Part shown: piece by piece, positions 1 through 9,399 of the stretch | Layout of the letters: each line of letters starts with the position of its first letter | Numbering within the stretch: the stretch's first letter is position 1 | Assembly (NCBI GenBank): GCA_938004075.1 | Contig: CALKWP010000013.1 | Coordinates: 11,734-75,733 of the forward strand | DNA length: 64,000 nt | Direction: 5' to 3' | Origin: an uncultured Methanomassiliicoccales archaeon | GTDB lineage: Archaea; Thermoplasmatota; Thermoplasmata; SG8-5 | Position numbers and translations under genes: made by a program | Notes under the pieces: generated by a model | What the model was told of the DNA's origin: nothing | What the model saw: only the letters and a program-made list of their open reading frames with translations | Database searches by the model: none

Positions 1-462
1 GCCTTTGAAGGACTTTGGTAGCGCGCCGTCCTCTGCAGCGGCCTCGAAGGCCGTGTAGTGGTCGCCGTACTCCTCTATGATTTCTTTGCTGTAATTGGAC
101 CTGAAATCATCAACAGTCATGGAAAGGCGCTCCGCGACAATCTCGATTAGCTTGGCCGCCTTCTGCTCGTTCTTCCACTGCTGTATCTTCTCGCGCTTCT
201 GGTGGGCGTTGACCTTCTTAAGCGAAAGGTCGATGTGACCCTTTGAGGAGTCTACTGTCATCACTTTGCACACGACACGCTGCCCGTCGCGGACATAGTC
301 GCTCATGCGCTTGACCCAGCCCGTCGCGATTTCCGCGACGTGGATGAATCCTTCCTTTCCCGGATACTCCTCCAGTTCAACGAAGGCGCCGAAACTGCGG
401 ACGCTCTTCACCGTGGCGACAACGAGATCGCCTTCCTCCGGAAAAGACAGCTGCGGGTCCAT
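1..462 (-). CDS. eif2a: Translation initiation factor aIF-2 alpha subunit (N-terminal part; gene continues beyond window start)
   Basis: Hand translation of minus strand from ATG at 462..460 gives MDPQLSFPEEGDLVVATVKSVRSFGAFVELEEYPGKEGFIHVAEIATGWVKRMSDYVRDGQRVVCKV..., an S1-domain N-terminus typical of aIF2-alpha. ORF runs off the window edge. Start overlaps S27e stop (TAATG). Confidence 0.8.
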   Translation of the reverse strand, partial: MDPQLSFPEEGDLVVATVKSVRSFGAFVELEEYPGKEGFIHVAEIATGWVKRMSDYVRDGQRVVCKVMTVDSSKGHIDLSLKKVNAHQKREKIQQWKNEQKAAKLIEIVAERLSMTVDDFRSNYSKEIIEEYGDHYTAFEAAAEDGALPKSFKG

Positions 463-653
463 TATCCTACGACCTCGACAATCTCGGCCTTTATCTCGGC
501 CTTACCGCCGGTGGGCTTGGCAAGGGTGGAGCCGCATGCCTGGCATTGAACCTTGGTCGCCGCCTTCACGAAAATTATCTGCTTGTTGTTGCAGTCCGGG
601 CATTTGATCTCCACGAACTTCGCTTCCTTGGCTTCGGGTTTTGACATCTTCAT
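462..653 (-). CDS. rps27e: Ribosomal protein S27e
   Basis: C-terminal 63 aa of ORF 462..830: MKMSKPEAKEAKFVEIKCPDCNNKQIIFVKAATKVQCQACGSTLAKPTGGKAEIKAEI, with the C4 zinc-finger signature of S27e. Start ATG 653 overlaps L44e stop (ATGA). Confidence 0.85.
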   Translation of the reverse strand: MKMSKPEAKEAKFVEIKCPDCNNKQIIFVKAATKVQCQACGSTLAKPTGGKAEIKAEIVEVVG

Positions 654-931
654 CCCTCCGTGAGCTCGAATTTCTTGGCCCTGATGGCTGCCGGCTGAAC
701 GTATTTCTTGCAGGTGTTGCATTTGTAGCGGAGCCATACCCTCTTGGTCGGCTTTTCGCGGCCCTCTGGCTTCGGCCTTGGGAAACCCCCGTATCCGGAG
801 GTGACTTTCCTGAATCTCCTCTGACCCCATTTCAACTCGCTCGCTTTCTTCTTCTTCACCCTTTCGACGTCATGGGCGGTGTGCTTCTTGCACTTGGGGC
901 AGTACATGTTCACTTTTCTTGGAAGTTTCAT
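650..931 (-). CDS. rpl44e: Ribosomal protein L44e
   Basis: MKLPRKVNMYCPKCKKHTAHDVERVKKKKASELKWGQRRFRKVTSGYGGFPRPKPEGREKPTKRVWLRYKCNTCKKY... matches L44e/L36a. Internal ATG at 931 chosen over the longer ORF start at 988. Conserved L44e-S27e-aIF2alpha order. Confidence 0.85.
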   Translation of the reverse strand: MKLPRKVNMYCPKCKKHTAHDVERVKKKKASELKWGQRRFRKVTSGYGGFPRPKPEGREKPTKRVWLRYKCNTCKKYVQPAAIRAKKFELTEG

Positions 932-1028
932 ACGAATCCTACCTTCTTTTTTCATCTGCTCTGGCAGTGGGACGTCATGTAGCAGCATACTCTATATATA
1001 GGTTTTTATGAGTAAATAAGCACGAAAT

Positions 1029-2180
1029 TTAGATGAAAGTCAGAAAAAGCCAGTACACTGCCAGGTTCATGACGGTCAACGGGGCGCCCACCCTCGCGAA
1101 CTCCATGAAACCGATTGCCCTGTTGCCCCGCGCCTCCGCGTTCTGCAGGATGATCAGATTGCTCGCTGCCCCGATTATGAGGAAGTTACCTGCGATGGTG
1201 CTGCCCGCCACGAGCGCCATCATCTCCCGTGTGCCTGCACCCAGGCCAATCATGACAGGGAGGTAAAGCGCCACAAGCGGGACATTGCACATGACCTGGC
1301 TGAGGATGACGCTCAGGACCAGTATCACAGCTATTGACAGAAGGTTGAACTCGGTCCTCTGGATGAGGTATTGCAGAACCCCGGAATCCCATACTGCCGA
1401 CATGAGGATGAACAGGGAGGCGAAGAAGATCAGTGTTCCCCAATCAACCTTCCGCACTATGGCCCTGCGGTCCTTGGAAAACAGGAGCACGGGGGCAACC
1501 GTCACCAGGGCGATGTAGGTCAGCTTGAAATCCGCGCCCAGGCCGGCTGATACCAGGATTATCTTGAGGGAAATCATGGCCAGGAGCAGTACCAGGGAGA
1601 CCTTGCACAGCTTGGCCAGATATTGGTCCTTGATGAGAACCACATGATCTATCTCCGCCGGCTTCCCGAAATCCTTCTTGAAGACGAACTTGAGCCATAG
1701 ATAAGCGATTAGAAGATTCACCAGCGTCGGGAGGATGAGGTATCTCCCGAACGTGACGAACGGGTCGGCTATGCCGCCGTTGACTGCCACAAGAAGGTTC
1801 TGCGGATTGCCGATGGGGCTCATCGCCCCTCCGATGGTCACCGCGAAAGCCAGGCCGAAGAGCAGGGGCTTGCTGCTGACGCGGTTCCTGGTTGCGATGT
1901 AGAGCATAAGCGGCGTTCCCACGATGGCGATGACATCGTTCATCATTATCGCCGAGATTATTCCGATGCCGAAGATGGTGAGAAAAACGATTTTATCAAC
2001 GGACCGAGCTTTCCCGTATATCCAAATCGCAATCTGGCTGAGATAACCGGACCTGTCCAGGGCCTCGCCCACCACGAACATGCAGAACAGGAAGGCGATA
2101 ACATCCAGGTTGACAGCGGCAAGCACCTGGACCGGGGAGAAGAACCCAGAGAATACCATCACCATGGCGCCTATGGTCAT
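1029..2180 (-). CDS. ArsB/NhaD-superfamily anion permease (multi-pass membrane protein)
   Basis: 383-aa polytopic membrane ORF with SPIGNPQNLLVA motif typical of the ArsB/NhaD/CitMHS permease superfamily. In-frame hydrophobic extension upstream of the ATG (see findings). Confidence 0.6.
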   Translation of the reverse strand: MTIGAMVMVFSGFFSPVQVLAAVNLDVIAFLFCMFVVGEALDRSGYLSQIAIWIYGKARSVDKIVFLTIFGIGIISAIMMNDVIAIVGTPLMLYIATRNRVSSKPLLFGLAFAVTIGGAMSPIGNPQNLLVAVNGGIADPFVTFGRYLILPTLVNLLIAYLWLKFVFKKDFGKPAEIDHVVLIKDQYLAKLCKVSLVLLLAMISLKIILVSAGLGADFKLTYIALVTVAPVLLFSKDRRAIVRKVDWGTLIFFASLFILMSAVWDSGVLQYLIQRTEFNLLSIAVILVLSVILSQVMCNVPLVALYLPVMIGLGAGTREMMALVAGSTIAGNFLIIGAASNLIILQNAEARGNRAIGFMEFARVGAPLTVMNLAVYWLFLTFI

Positions 2181-2296
2181 GGCATGCCATATCTTGTAAC
2201 GCGTACCGTAACCCCTGACGGCAATGGCGGTTATGACGCCAGCCAGGACTATAACTGGAAAGTAGTTCAGCCCATCCCTCCGGCCATGTCAGGAAC

Positions 2297-3031
2297 TCAG
2301 GACTGGTTCTCTGTGAAGTATTCAGCGAGGTTGAGGCCTTTCTTGGCGATGAGGCTGTTGGGTTTTATCTCCAACGCCTTGTTGAACAGCGGGACGGCTT
2401 CATTGAACCTGCCAAGCCCCTCCAGAGCCGCGCCCTTCTTGCCCAGCGCGTCAGGATTGTTGGGGTCCAGGGATATCGCCTTGTCGAAGTACTGCATTGC
2501 CTCTTCCAGCTTGCCCATTGTCACCAAGGCGGAAGCTTTCTTCGCCCATGCCTCGGACTTGCTGGAATCCTTGCTTATCATGGCCTCGGCCTTCGAAAGC
2601 TCGGCCATGGCCTTGTCCAGGCGGTTCTGGGCGGTCTTGAGGTCCTTGGCTGCCAGCGGGTGCTTGGGAGCGAGTTTCGCAGCCTTTCCAAGCAGCTCGG
2701 TGGCTTTGACGCAATCCCCGTAGAACATCTGAGTGTATCCCTTGAAATGAAGTTCGTTGGCCGCAATCATGTCGACCTGCTCCTGGCAGTACGCTTCCAG
2801 GTCGGACTTCCCGGCCTTCTGGGCAATGCCCTTGAGCTTAGTGAATACTTCAGGGGAATCAAGCGGCCTCTCGAATGCCTCATCAACCTCAAGAAGCTTC
2901 TGGCGGATGACGTCCAGCGCCATGCTGTCGCCCGGACCGCCGCTCAATCCGTCGATGACCTTCATTATGGCCTCGGTCGTTCCCTTTATGCTCAGCGTCA
3001 CATCCAGATTCTTAAGTTCTTCAAGAGACAT
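2297..3031 (-). CDS. TPR-repeat protein
   Basis: 244 aa. Repeated 34-aa units with W/LG/Y/A/F/A/P spacing (AWAKKASALVTMGKLEEAMQYFDKAISLDPNNPDALGKKGAALEGLGRFNEAVPLFNKALEIKPN). Confidence 0.75.
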   Translation of the reverse strand: MSLEELKNLDVTLSIKGTTEAIMKVIDGLSGGPGDSMALDVIRQKLLEVDEAFERPLDSPEVFTKLKGIAQKAGKSDLEAYCQEQVDMIAANELHFKGYTQMFYGDCVKATELLGKAAKLAPKHPLAAKDLKTAQNRLDKAMAELSKAEAMISKDSSKSEAWAKKASALVTMGKLEEAMQYFDKAISLDPNNPDALGKKGAALEGLGRFNEAVPLFNKALEIKPNSLIAKKGLNLAEYFTENQS

Positions 3032-3125
3032 ATATTCGCCCCGTTAGGGAATAACCGGAGGGGGTTATGAGATTTTCCGTCGGGGGAATCCTTTTAACCC
3101 CGCTGACCATTATTGTGCCGATAAC

Positions 3126-3314
3126 ATGAAGCGCCAGATGCTCGACATAATCTGCTGCCCGGTGTGCAAGGGCGACCTCGACCTCAAGGTCGACAAAGAG
3201 GACAAAGTGGAGATACTGGCCGGCTTTTTGACATGCAAGAAGTGCAAGTTCGATTATCCAATTGAAGACGGCATACCAAATCTTCTGCCACCCGAACTCC
3301 AGAAGCTATTGTAA
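3126..3314 (+). CDS. Trm112-family small zinc-ribbon protein (methyltransferase activator)
   Basis: 62 aa: MKRQMLDIICCPVCKGDLDL...LTCKKCKFDYPIEDGIPNLLPPE. CPxC...CxxC plus the YPIxDGIPxLL motif of Trm112/YcaR. Confidence 0.75.
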   Translation: MKRQMLDIICCPVCKGDLDLKVDKEDKVEILAGFLTCKKCKFDYPIEDGIPNLLPPELQKLL

Positions 3315-3321
3315 TTCGCTG

Positions 3322-3837
3322 TCAGATGAACATTCCCTGGGCCTCGATTATGCCAGCGGCATCAATGGCCTTCTCGTATTCTTCCAGCGGTTCCCTGTTG
3401 AGAGTGAGGAAAGTGTTCCCCCATGTGAATTTTGAGAGCAGTTCCTCTGCCTGGGGGCGATACCCGAGGATTATCAGCGCGGCCGCAAAGGCCTCCACGC
3501 TGGAAAGGATGAACGGCTTCCCGTAATTGACTGGATTCGCTGCAACAAGGAAGGGGAGAGCCCTCTGCCTGGAGTCCTTTATCCCGGCCGGAAAATCATC
3601 GCCCGTCTCCTTCCAGGAAAGGTCCAGGACCGCGATTCCGGACTTCCTAGCAATCTCCAGGTCGTCTCTCGATATGACCTTGCGGGTTGTCGGCATCAGA
3701 ACAAGGGATGCGGGGGGAAGGGCATTGAGCTTGAAGACCTGCCTGGCAAGGTTGAACCTTGCCAGCTTGCGGCCGCTGCACTTCTTGGGGTCGCATTGCT
3801 TGCCGTCGAAGAAGTATAGAGGTATCGTTCCGGGCAT
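3322..3837 (-). CDS. Tsr3-like 18S/16S rRNA aminocarboxypropyltransferase (DUF367)
   Basis: 171 aa, begins MPGTIPLYFFDGKQCDPKKCSGRKLARFNLA..., the CDPKKCS/T N-terminus characteristic of Tsr3 ribosome-biogenesis proteins. Confidence 0.65.
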   Translation of the reverse strand: MPGTIPLYFFDGKQCDPKKCSGRKLARFNLARQVFKLNALPPASLVLMPTTRKVISRDDLEIARKSGIAVLDLSWKETGDDFPAGIKDSRQRALPFLVAANPVNYGKPFILSSVEAFAAALIILGYRPQAEELLSKFTWGNTFLTLNREPLEEYEKAIDAAGIIEAQGMFI

Positions 3838-3975
3838 ATCAATCCCTGAAAGATAGGGGTGACGGCCATAATAATGTTTGCCGGAGGCGGGAATTCAAGC
3901 GCATATTTACAAAAAATCGGCAAAGATATGGTACAAGTTAAATCATTGAAACGCTTGAGGGGTGACGGTGAGCAA

Positions 3976-5010
3976 ATGACCGTTAAAGTTGCCATAAATG
4001 GCTACGGGACCATAGGAAAGCGCGTTGCGGATGCTGTCTCCAAACAGGATGACATGGAGATTATCGGCGTGGTGAAGACCCGCCCGACATCGGAGGCCAG
4101 GCTTGCGATCAAGAAGGGATACAAGCTTTACGTAGCCAAGGACGGGATGCAAGCTTTCAAAGACGCTGGCATTGATGTGGCCGGCACCGCGGAGGAGCTT
4201 TTTAAGATGGCCGATATAATCGTGGACTGCACCCCTGGGAAGAAGAAGGAAGGCGGAACCACGGGCGAGGATTATCTCAAGATCTACAGGGAACTGGGCA
4301 AGAAGGCGCTGTTCCAGGGAGGGGAGAAGCACAAACTGACCAACCTTTCCTTCAACTCGACAGCCAATTATTCTGAATCATATGGCAAGGATTATGCGCG
4401 GGTCGTCTCGTGCAACACAACCGGCCTGTGCAGGACCCTCTACCCGCTCCAGCAGGCATTCGGAATCGAGAATGTCATGGCAGTCATGATTAGGCGCGCC
4501 GCGGACCCATACGATTCCAAGAACGGCCCGATAAACGCCATCGAGCCGGAAGTTAAGGTGCCCAGCCACCATGGCCCGGATGCGCAGAGCTGCATGCCCG
4601 GGCTCAACATCCAGTCAATGGCAGTGAAGGTCCCGACGACGCTTATGCATATGCACCAGCTTGCGGTGAAGCTGAAAAAGCCGGCGACGACGGCCGATGT
4701 GCTCAAAGTCTGGGAAAAGGCCCCCAGGGTCATATTCGTCAGCACCAAGGACGGGGTGAAATCAACCGCCCAGGTGATGGAACTCGCCAAGGACATGGGC
4801 AGGGACCGCGCCGACCTCTACGAGATTGCGATTTGGAAGGACGGCGTCAACGTTGTCGGTGACATGCTGTACTACACCCAGGCGATACACCAGGAATCGG
4901 ATGTAGTGCCTGAGAACGTGGACTGCATCAGGGCGCTGTGCGGGCTGGAGAAGGACGGAAAGAAGAGCCAGGCAAAGACAGACAAGGCAATGGGAATATG
5001 CAGGGCGTGA
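3976..5010 (+). CDS. gap: Glyceraldehyde-3-phosphate dehydrogenase, archaeal type II
   Basis: MTVKVAINGYGTIGKRVADAV...SCNTTGL... (archaeal GAPDH signature with catalytic Cys in SCNTT). Internal ATG at 3976 preferred over ORF start 3859, giving the expected ~345 aa. Confidence 0.85.
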   Translation: MTVKVAINGYGTIGKRVADAVSKQDDMEIIGVVKTRPTSEARLAIKKGYKLYVAKDGMQAFKDAGIDVAGTAEELFKMADIIVDCTPGKKKEGGTTGEDYLKIYRELGKKALFQGGEKHKLTNLSFNSTANYSESYGKDYARVVSCNTTGLCRTLYPLQQAFGIENVMAVMIRRAADPYDSKNGPINAIEPEVKVPSHHGPDAQSCMPGLNIQSMAVKVPTTLMHMHQLAVKLKKPATTADVLKVWEKAPRVIFVSTKDGVKSTAQVMELAKDMGRDRADLYEIAIWKDGVNVVGDMLYYTQAIHQESDVVPENVDCIRALCGLEKDGKKSQAKTDKAMGICRA

Positions 5011-5014
5011 ACTC

Positions 5015-5593
5015 ATGATTTCAGAGAAAGAGATTGAGAAGCTGTTCGGGGAATATCTTGGCCAGATTAAGGACAAGAAGATGCGGAATATGACAGTGAA
5101 AGTCTGGGTGGATGGCTGCAAGCAGGGCGGTTGGACCTCCGTGAAGCAGCTGGAGAAGATGCCCTACACACTGCTCACGGAAACCTACGGCGTCAATTTC
5201 ATCGAGCACACGATTGCAGTGACGAGAGGCGCCATGGAACTGGCAAAGGCCCAGCTGGACAATTACAAGAAAATGCCCTACAAGATTGACATGGACCGGT
5301 TGATTGTCGGCGGCCTTCTGCACGATGTGGGAAAGCTGGTTGAGACGGAACCGGACGGAAAGGGCGGTTACAGGAAATCCAGGGCCGGCGCATGCCTCCG
5401 GCACCCGGTATCGGGCACTGTCATGGCCAAGATGGCCGGGTTCTCCGATGAAATCGCGAACACCATCGCCTGCCACGCCAAGGAGGGCGAGGGCGCGCCC
5501 CAGGTCATTGAAACGGTGTTCATTCACCAGGCGGATTTCGCGACATTCAACCCGCTGGTCATGATGAACGGCGGGAAACTCATTCAAGATTGA
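5015..5593 (+). CDS. HD-domain phosphohydrolase
   Basis: 192 aa with GGLLHDVGK (H...HD motif) and downstream His/Asp residues. Confidence 0.6.
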   Translation: MISEKEIEKLFGEYLGQIKDKKMRNMTVKVWVDGCKQGGWTSVKQLEKMPYTLLTETYGVNFIEHTIAVTRGAMELAKAQLDNYKKMPYKIDMDRLIVGGLLHDVGKLVETEPDGKGGYRKSRAGACLRHPVSGTVMAKMAGFSDEIANTIACHAKEGEGAPQVIETVFIHQADFATFNPLVMMNGGKLIQD

Positions 5594-6297
5594 TCCTTCA
5601 GGCGCTTGATTGATTTCGAGGCCCTGCTGAAAACGCCGGCAAGGGTGTGAAATTCAGTGCTTGAGAGCCCGGCCCTTGCAACTATCTTGCGGAACATTAT
5701 GCGGGTCTTCGCTTTCTTGTGCGGTGGATATTTGATGTCTTCCAAGAGGTCGGAGAACAGCTTGTTCATCACTTCCTTCTCCTTGGAGGCCGCAAGTTTC
5801 TTCCGCTTGGGCTTGGTCCCCGCATTGTACAATTCATAGAATACAACTGTGCAGGCATGGGAGAGGTTCATTATCGGGTTTATCTCATGCGTCGGGATGG
5901 TCACCAGTATGTCGCATTTCTTCAGCTCCTCGTTGTAAAGGCCGTAATCCTCCCTGCCGAAAAGAACCCCCACTTTGCCAATCTTGCCGGAAAGATGCTC
6001 GGCCAGCTGCTTCGGGGTTATGGGCTCGCGGAGGAATTTTTTCTCATTATCGGTGGGCTGGCCGGAGGTCCCGATCACGATGTCCATGCCTTCAATCGCC
6101 TCGTCCAGCGTTCTGACTGTCTTTGAGCCATCAAGAACGAACCGGCCGTGCTTCGCGTACCTGAACGCGTCGTCCCCGAGCTCGCATGGGTTGACGAGCA
6201 CAAGTTTGTCCAAGCCGAAGTTGCTCATGGCCCTGCAAACTGAGCCGATGTTCCCGGGAAATTTCGGCTGGACCAGTATTACTGTGATATCGGGCAT
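5584..6297 (-). CDS. SpoU/TrmH-class RNA 2'-O-methyltransferase (TrmJ-like)
   Basis: MPDITVILVQPKFPGNIGSVCRAMSNFG... N-terminal motif of SPOUT TrmJ-type tRNA methyltransferases; 237 aa. Confidence 0.7.
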   Translation of the reverse strand: MPDITVILVQPKFPGNIGSVCRAMSNFGLDKLVLVNPCELGDDAFRYAKHGRFVLDGSKTVRTLDEAIEGMDIVIGTSGQPTDNEKKFLREPITPKQLAEHLSGKIGKVGVLFGREDYGLYNEELKKCDILVTIPTHEINPIMNLSHACTVVFYELYNAGTKPKRKKLAASKEKEVMNKLFSDLLEDIKYPPHKKAKTRIMFRKIVARAGLSSTEFHTLAGVFSRASKSIKRLKDQS

Positions 6298-6346
6298 CGC
6301 GCCCCCATAGAGTCGGATTTATAAATAAAAGCCGTTCAAGGGGCCG
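6298..6346. promoter_or_regulatory. Divergent promoter region with TTTATAAATAAAA TATA-like box between TrmJ-like and truA
   Basis: AT-rich TATA-like element in the 49-bp divergent intergenic spacer. Confidence 0.4.
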
Positions 6347-7141
6347 ATGAGATACGCGCTTAAGTTCGCATACGATGGCCAAAGATTCGAAGGATATGCC
6401 AGGCAGCCCGGAAAAACCACAGTGGAGGGAGAAATCATCAGGGCGATGGGGGAAATCGGTGCTATTGCCGATTCCCGGACCGCCAACTTCCGAAGCGCCA
6501 GCCGCACGGACCGCGGCGTCAGCGCCGCGGGGAATGTGCTGGCTGTTGACACGGAGTTCTCTTGCAAGGCGCTTCCCGATGCGCTCAACTCAAAGCTTGA
6601 AGGCATAGTCTTCCACGGCATAGCCAGGGTTCCGGACGACTTCAATCCCCGGCATGCCAGGCAGCGGCATTACCGGTATTTTCTGGCGGCAGAGATTGCA
6701 CCATCAGTCGAGAAGCTGAGGAAGGCGTCAGAGCCTTTCATCGGTAAGCATGATTTCAGGCAGTTCTCGAAGAAGGACACCGGCAAGGAAAACACGGTTT
6801 TAACGATAGACTCGATCGAGATAACCCAGATAGGGGAATCCATCATCATCGACGTGAAAGGCCAGCGGTTCCTTTGGGAGGTGGTGAGGCGCATGCTATC
6901 CGCCATAATCGACGTTGCCAGAGGGAATCTCACCCAGAAAATCGTTAAAGGAATGCTGGCGGGGACAGCGATCCGGCCAGGTGGCAACAAGCCGCTGGCG
7001 CCGGAGTGCCTGGTGCTGATGGACGTGAAGTATGACTTTGAGTTCGAGATTGTTAAGAATAAATCGGATTATTTTGAAACGCTGGCACGCGATCTGAGGC
7101 TGCGTGCTGAGGTCGCCGGGCATATTTCTAAAACCTCTTGA
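6347..7141 (+). CDS. truA: tRNA pseudouridine(38-40) synthase TruA
   Basis: 264 aa; RTDRGVSA catalytic-Asp motif of the TruA/Pus1 family; MRYALKFAYDGQRFEGYARQ N-terminus. Confidence 0.8.
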   Translation: MRYALKFAYDGQRFEGYARQPGKTTVEGEIIRAMGEIGAIADSRTANFRSASRTDRGVSAAGNVLAVDTEFSCKALPDALNSKLEGIVFHGIARVPDDFNPRHARQRHYRYFLAAEIAPSVEKLRKASEPFIGKHDFRQFSKKDTGKENTVLTIDSIEITQIGESIIIDVKGQRFLWEVVRRMLSAIIDVARGNLTQKIVKGMLAGTAIRPGGNKPLAPECLVLMDVKYDFEFEIVKNKSDYFETLARDLRLRAEVAGHISKTS

Positions 7142-8414
7142 GCGGCTTCGACAGGTGCCGCCGCGCGCCGACCGGCGGCTCGTACCAGCCCGGCTCCAAG
7201 TCCCTTTCTTCCGGCATGAACTCCGCATTCCTGGCCTTTGCTCCGCACTTCTGGCACTTGTAGCCCTGGCCCTTGCCCACGGATTTCATGCGCTTGCAGC
7301 ATTTCCGGCAGAGGGGATTGGCGACCTTCACCATTGTGGGGGCCAGTTCCTCGACAAGGAGCTTCTCCACGTTGATCGTGGGCGGCGATTCCCTCACTGC
7401 GCCAATCACGGTGATGGCGTCCCCGGGCCTGAGCTTCTCCCCGACATGGCGGAAGCCCTTGGCCGGCTCGTAGATGGTGCAATCCACGCTGGCTGTGCCG
7501 TTGGTGATGGAAAAAACCAGATGGCCGCCCTCAATCATGCGGGGCATTGTGGCGACCCTGGCACGGACTTTCACTGATGTGAATGGCTCGAGATTGGCGA
7601 TGCTGGCATCGATTATGTGGTCGTCCGTCCCCTGGTTGGTGAGAAATATGAGCCAGCGTTCGATATTTTCTGATTTCACAAACTTCATGGCCGCCGGAAG
7701 GTAATCGTACCCGTTCCCGCGGATGCCGTACAGGATGGGGCAGGGGGACGCGGGTGCGAATGCCACATGCTCCAATTCGTAATCGTAATTGTTGAAGGTG
7801 CCGGGGAATTTCGCGTCCATCAGCATGACGCTGGCTGGGCTGACGTCTCTTGGCGTTCCCCATTTTTTTTGTTCCCGGTATGCGATCAGCTCATATGTTC
7901 TGTCCTGGGGATGCCAGGCCATTGCCGAGACCGCGCCGATGAGTCCCCGCCGGTTCTTCCAGCCATGGCAGAATTGCGGGTTCGCCGCTTCCAGGTGCGC
8001 CGCAAGCTCCACGACATGGCGCACCGCCTTCCAGTAGAGGCCGGGATGCGGCTTGTGGCTGGATATCGCAAGGCCCGGGTTGGTCTTGGGGTCCTCGAAT
8101 CTCGCCAGACGTTCAATCAGGCCCCTGGCCTTATAGAAATCTGCCTTTGTGGGCTTTGCTGGTGTGCCTTTTTCATAGCAGAGAATGTCCCGGCCATCAA
8201 TTCTCCCGATGACCTTGGGCAGCCCCGTTCCCCTGCCCAACCGGATGCAGACCGCGGCATTTCCCCTGGTTTTCCATGGAACGTTCGGATTCAGGCGGAC
8301 CAGTCTGGGAAATCCCAGCATGTCATAATCGGAAAATTCCCGAATCAACTCGGTCGCAAGATAGGTCGTGCACATGCCTTCTGTTGAGTCGGTATCATCA
8401 ACGCCAATGTACAT
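7128..8414 (-). CDS. tiaS: tRNA(Ile2) 2-agmatinylcytidine synthetase TiaS
   Basis: 428 aa; N-terminus MYIGVDDTDSTEGMCTTYL (TiaS kinase-domain signature) and C-terminal Zn-ribbon CRKCCKRMKSVGKGQGYKCQKCG. Confidence 0.7.
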   Translation of the reverse strand: MYIGVDDTDSTEGMCTTYLATELIREFSDYDMLGFPRLVRLNPNVPWKTRGNAAVCIRLGRGTGLPKVIGRIDGRDILCYEKGTPAKPTKADFYKARGLIERLARFEDPKTNPGLAISSHKPHPGLYWKAVRHVVELAAHLEAANPQFCHGWKNRRGLIGAVSAMAWHPQDRTYELIAYREQKKWGTPRDVSPASVMLMDAKFPGTFNNYDYELEHVAFAPASPCPILYGIRGNGYDYLPAAMKFVKSENIERWLIFLTNQGTDDHIIDASIANLEPFTSVKVRARVATMPRMIEGGHLVFSITNGTASVDCTIYEPAKGFRHVGEKLRPGDAITVIGAVRESPPTINVEKLLVEELAPTMVKVANPLCRKCCKRMKSVGKGQGYKCQKCGAKARNAEFMPEERDLEPGWYEPPVGARRHLSKPLKRF

Positions 8415-8418
8415 GCCG

Positions 8419-9348
8419 TCACTTCCAGATATCGTAGGATTCGCCGCACTGGCAGTTTATCTTTTTTCCCGGGACGCCGGGGCTTTCCCCCGATTTCTGG
8501 TAGCTTTCTCCCAGGCGCCTGCGGCATTTCGGGCATCTTGCCGCCTCCTTGAGGAAGAAGTCCAGCCAGGCTTTTCGGATGTCCGGCTCCGTCTCCATCT
8601 CTATTTTATCCAGCAGAGCGCCGTCCTCCGGCTTCACGACCATCCTGCGCATCAATTCGAAATCCAGGCCGGCCCTTCTCTTCTCCACAGCTTTCTTGAC
8701 AATGGCTGGGGCCAGGAATACGCCGCACACGATGCCGCCGATATGGGCGATATGCGCGGTCCCGTCATCAACAGCCATTGCTACCAGTATCGTCTCCATG
8801 ACGAACATTATCCCAACCGCGGCCCAGACAGGCGCCCGGGTCGTGAAGAACGGCCCCAGGAACATCGGGATGCGGTCCCTCGGATAGAGAACAAGCAGAG
8901 CGCCGCCTATTCCGTAAATCGCGCCGGAAGCACCCAGCAGGTATGCCGCAGATTGGGGATTGAAAATGAAATAAAGCAGGGTGGCGGCAATGCCGCTGGC
9001 CAGGTAGATTGTGAGCCAGTTCCGGGAGCCGATGCGCTCCTCGAGCGGAAGCCCGATAAGGTAAAGCACCAGCACGTTCCCTATCAAGTGGAACGGATGC
9101 ACATGCATGAACATCGAAGTGAAAACCGTGTGCAGGTACTCAGGCCTGCCGAAGAGCAGGGGCTGGAATGTGAAGGCCTCCAACATGGGAAAGAAAAATT
9201 GGCTGCCGGAATAGTCCAGCGCGAACATGTAGATGAAAATGAAGAAGTTGGCTATGACCATCACCTGGGTGAAGTAGGCCTTGCGCCACCAGGCATAGAG
9301 AAATGAGCCGATGATTATGGCCGGTATAGGGACGTATTCAAGCATCAA
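8419..9348 (-). CDS. Rhomboid-family intramembrane serine protease with C-terminal zinc ribbon
   Basis: Multi-TM ORF with GASGAIYG (catalytic Ser) and AHIGG (catalytic His) motifs. C-terminal CPKCRRR...CQCG ribbon. Confidence 0.75.
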   Translation of the reverse strand: MMLEYVPIPAIIIGSFLYAWWRKAYFTQVMVIANFFIFIYMFALDYSGSQFFFPMLEAFTFQPLLFGRPEYLHTVFTSMFMHVHPFHLIGNVLVLYLIGLPLEERIGSRNWLTIYLASGIAATLLYFIFNPQSAAYLLGASGAIYGIGGALLVLYPRDRIPMFLGPFFTTRAPVWAAVGIMFVMETILVAMAVDDGTAHIAHIGGIVCGVFLAPAIVKKAVEKRRAGLDFELMRRMVVKPEDGALLDKIEMETEPDIRKAWLDFFLKEAARCPKCRRRLGESYQKSGESPGVPGKKINCQCGESYDIWK

Positions 9349-9399
9349 TGCACTTCAACAGGGAATTTAATTTAAACCTATCTGTGATATTCTCCGATT

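Noticed and set aside
3859-3975. Longer GAPDH ORF start at 3859 (MTAIIMFAGGGNSS...)
   Set aside because: Extension overlaps an AT-rich promoter-like stretch; the GAPDH family starts at MTVKVAINGYG.
8368-9306. 312-aa plus-strand ORF
   Set aside because: Antisense to the rhomboid protease gene, which has clear catalytic motifs. GC-rich DNA produces long shadow ORFs; Ala/Arg/Gly/Pro-rich composition typical of noise.
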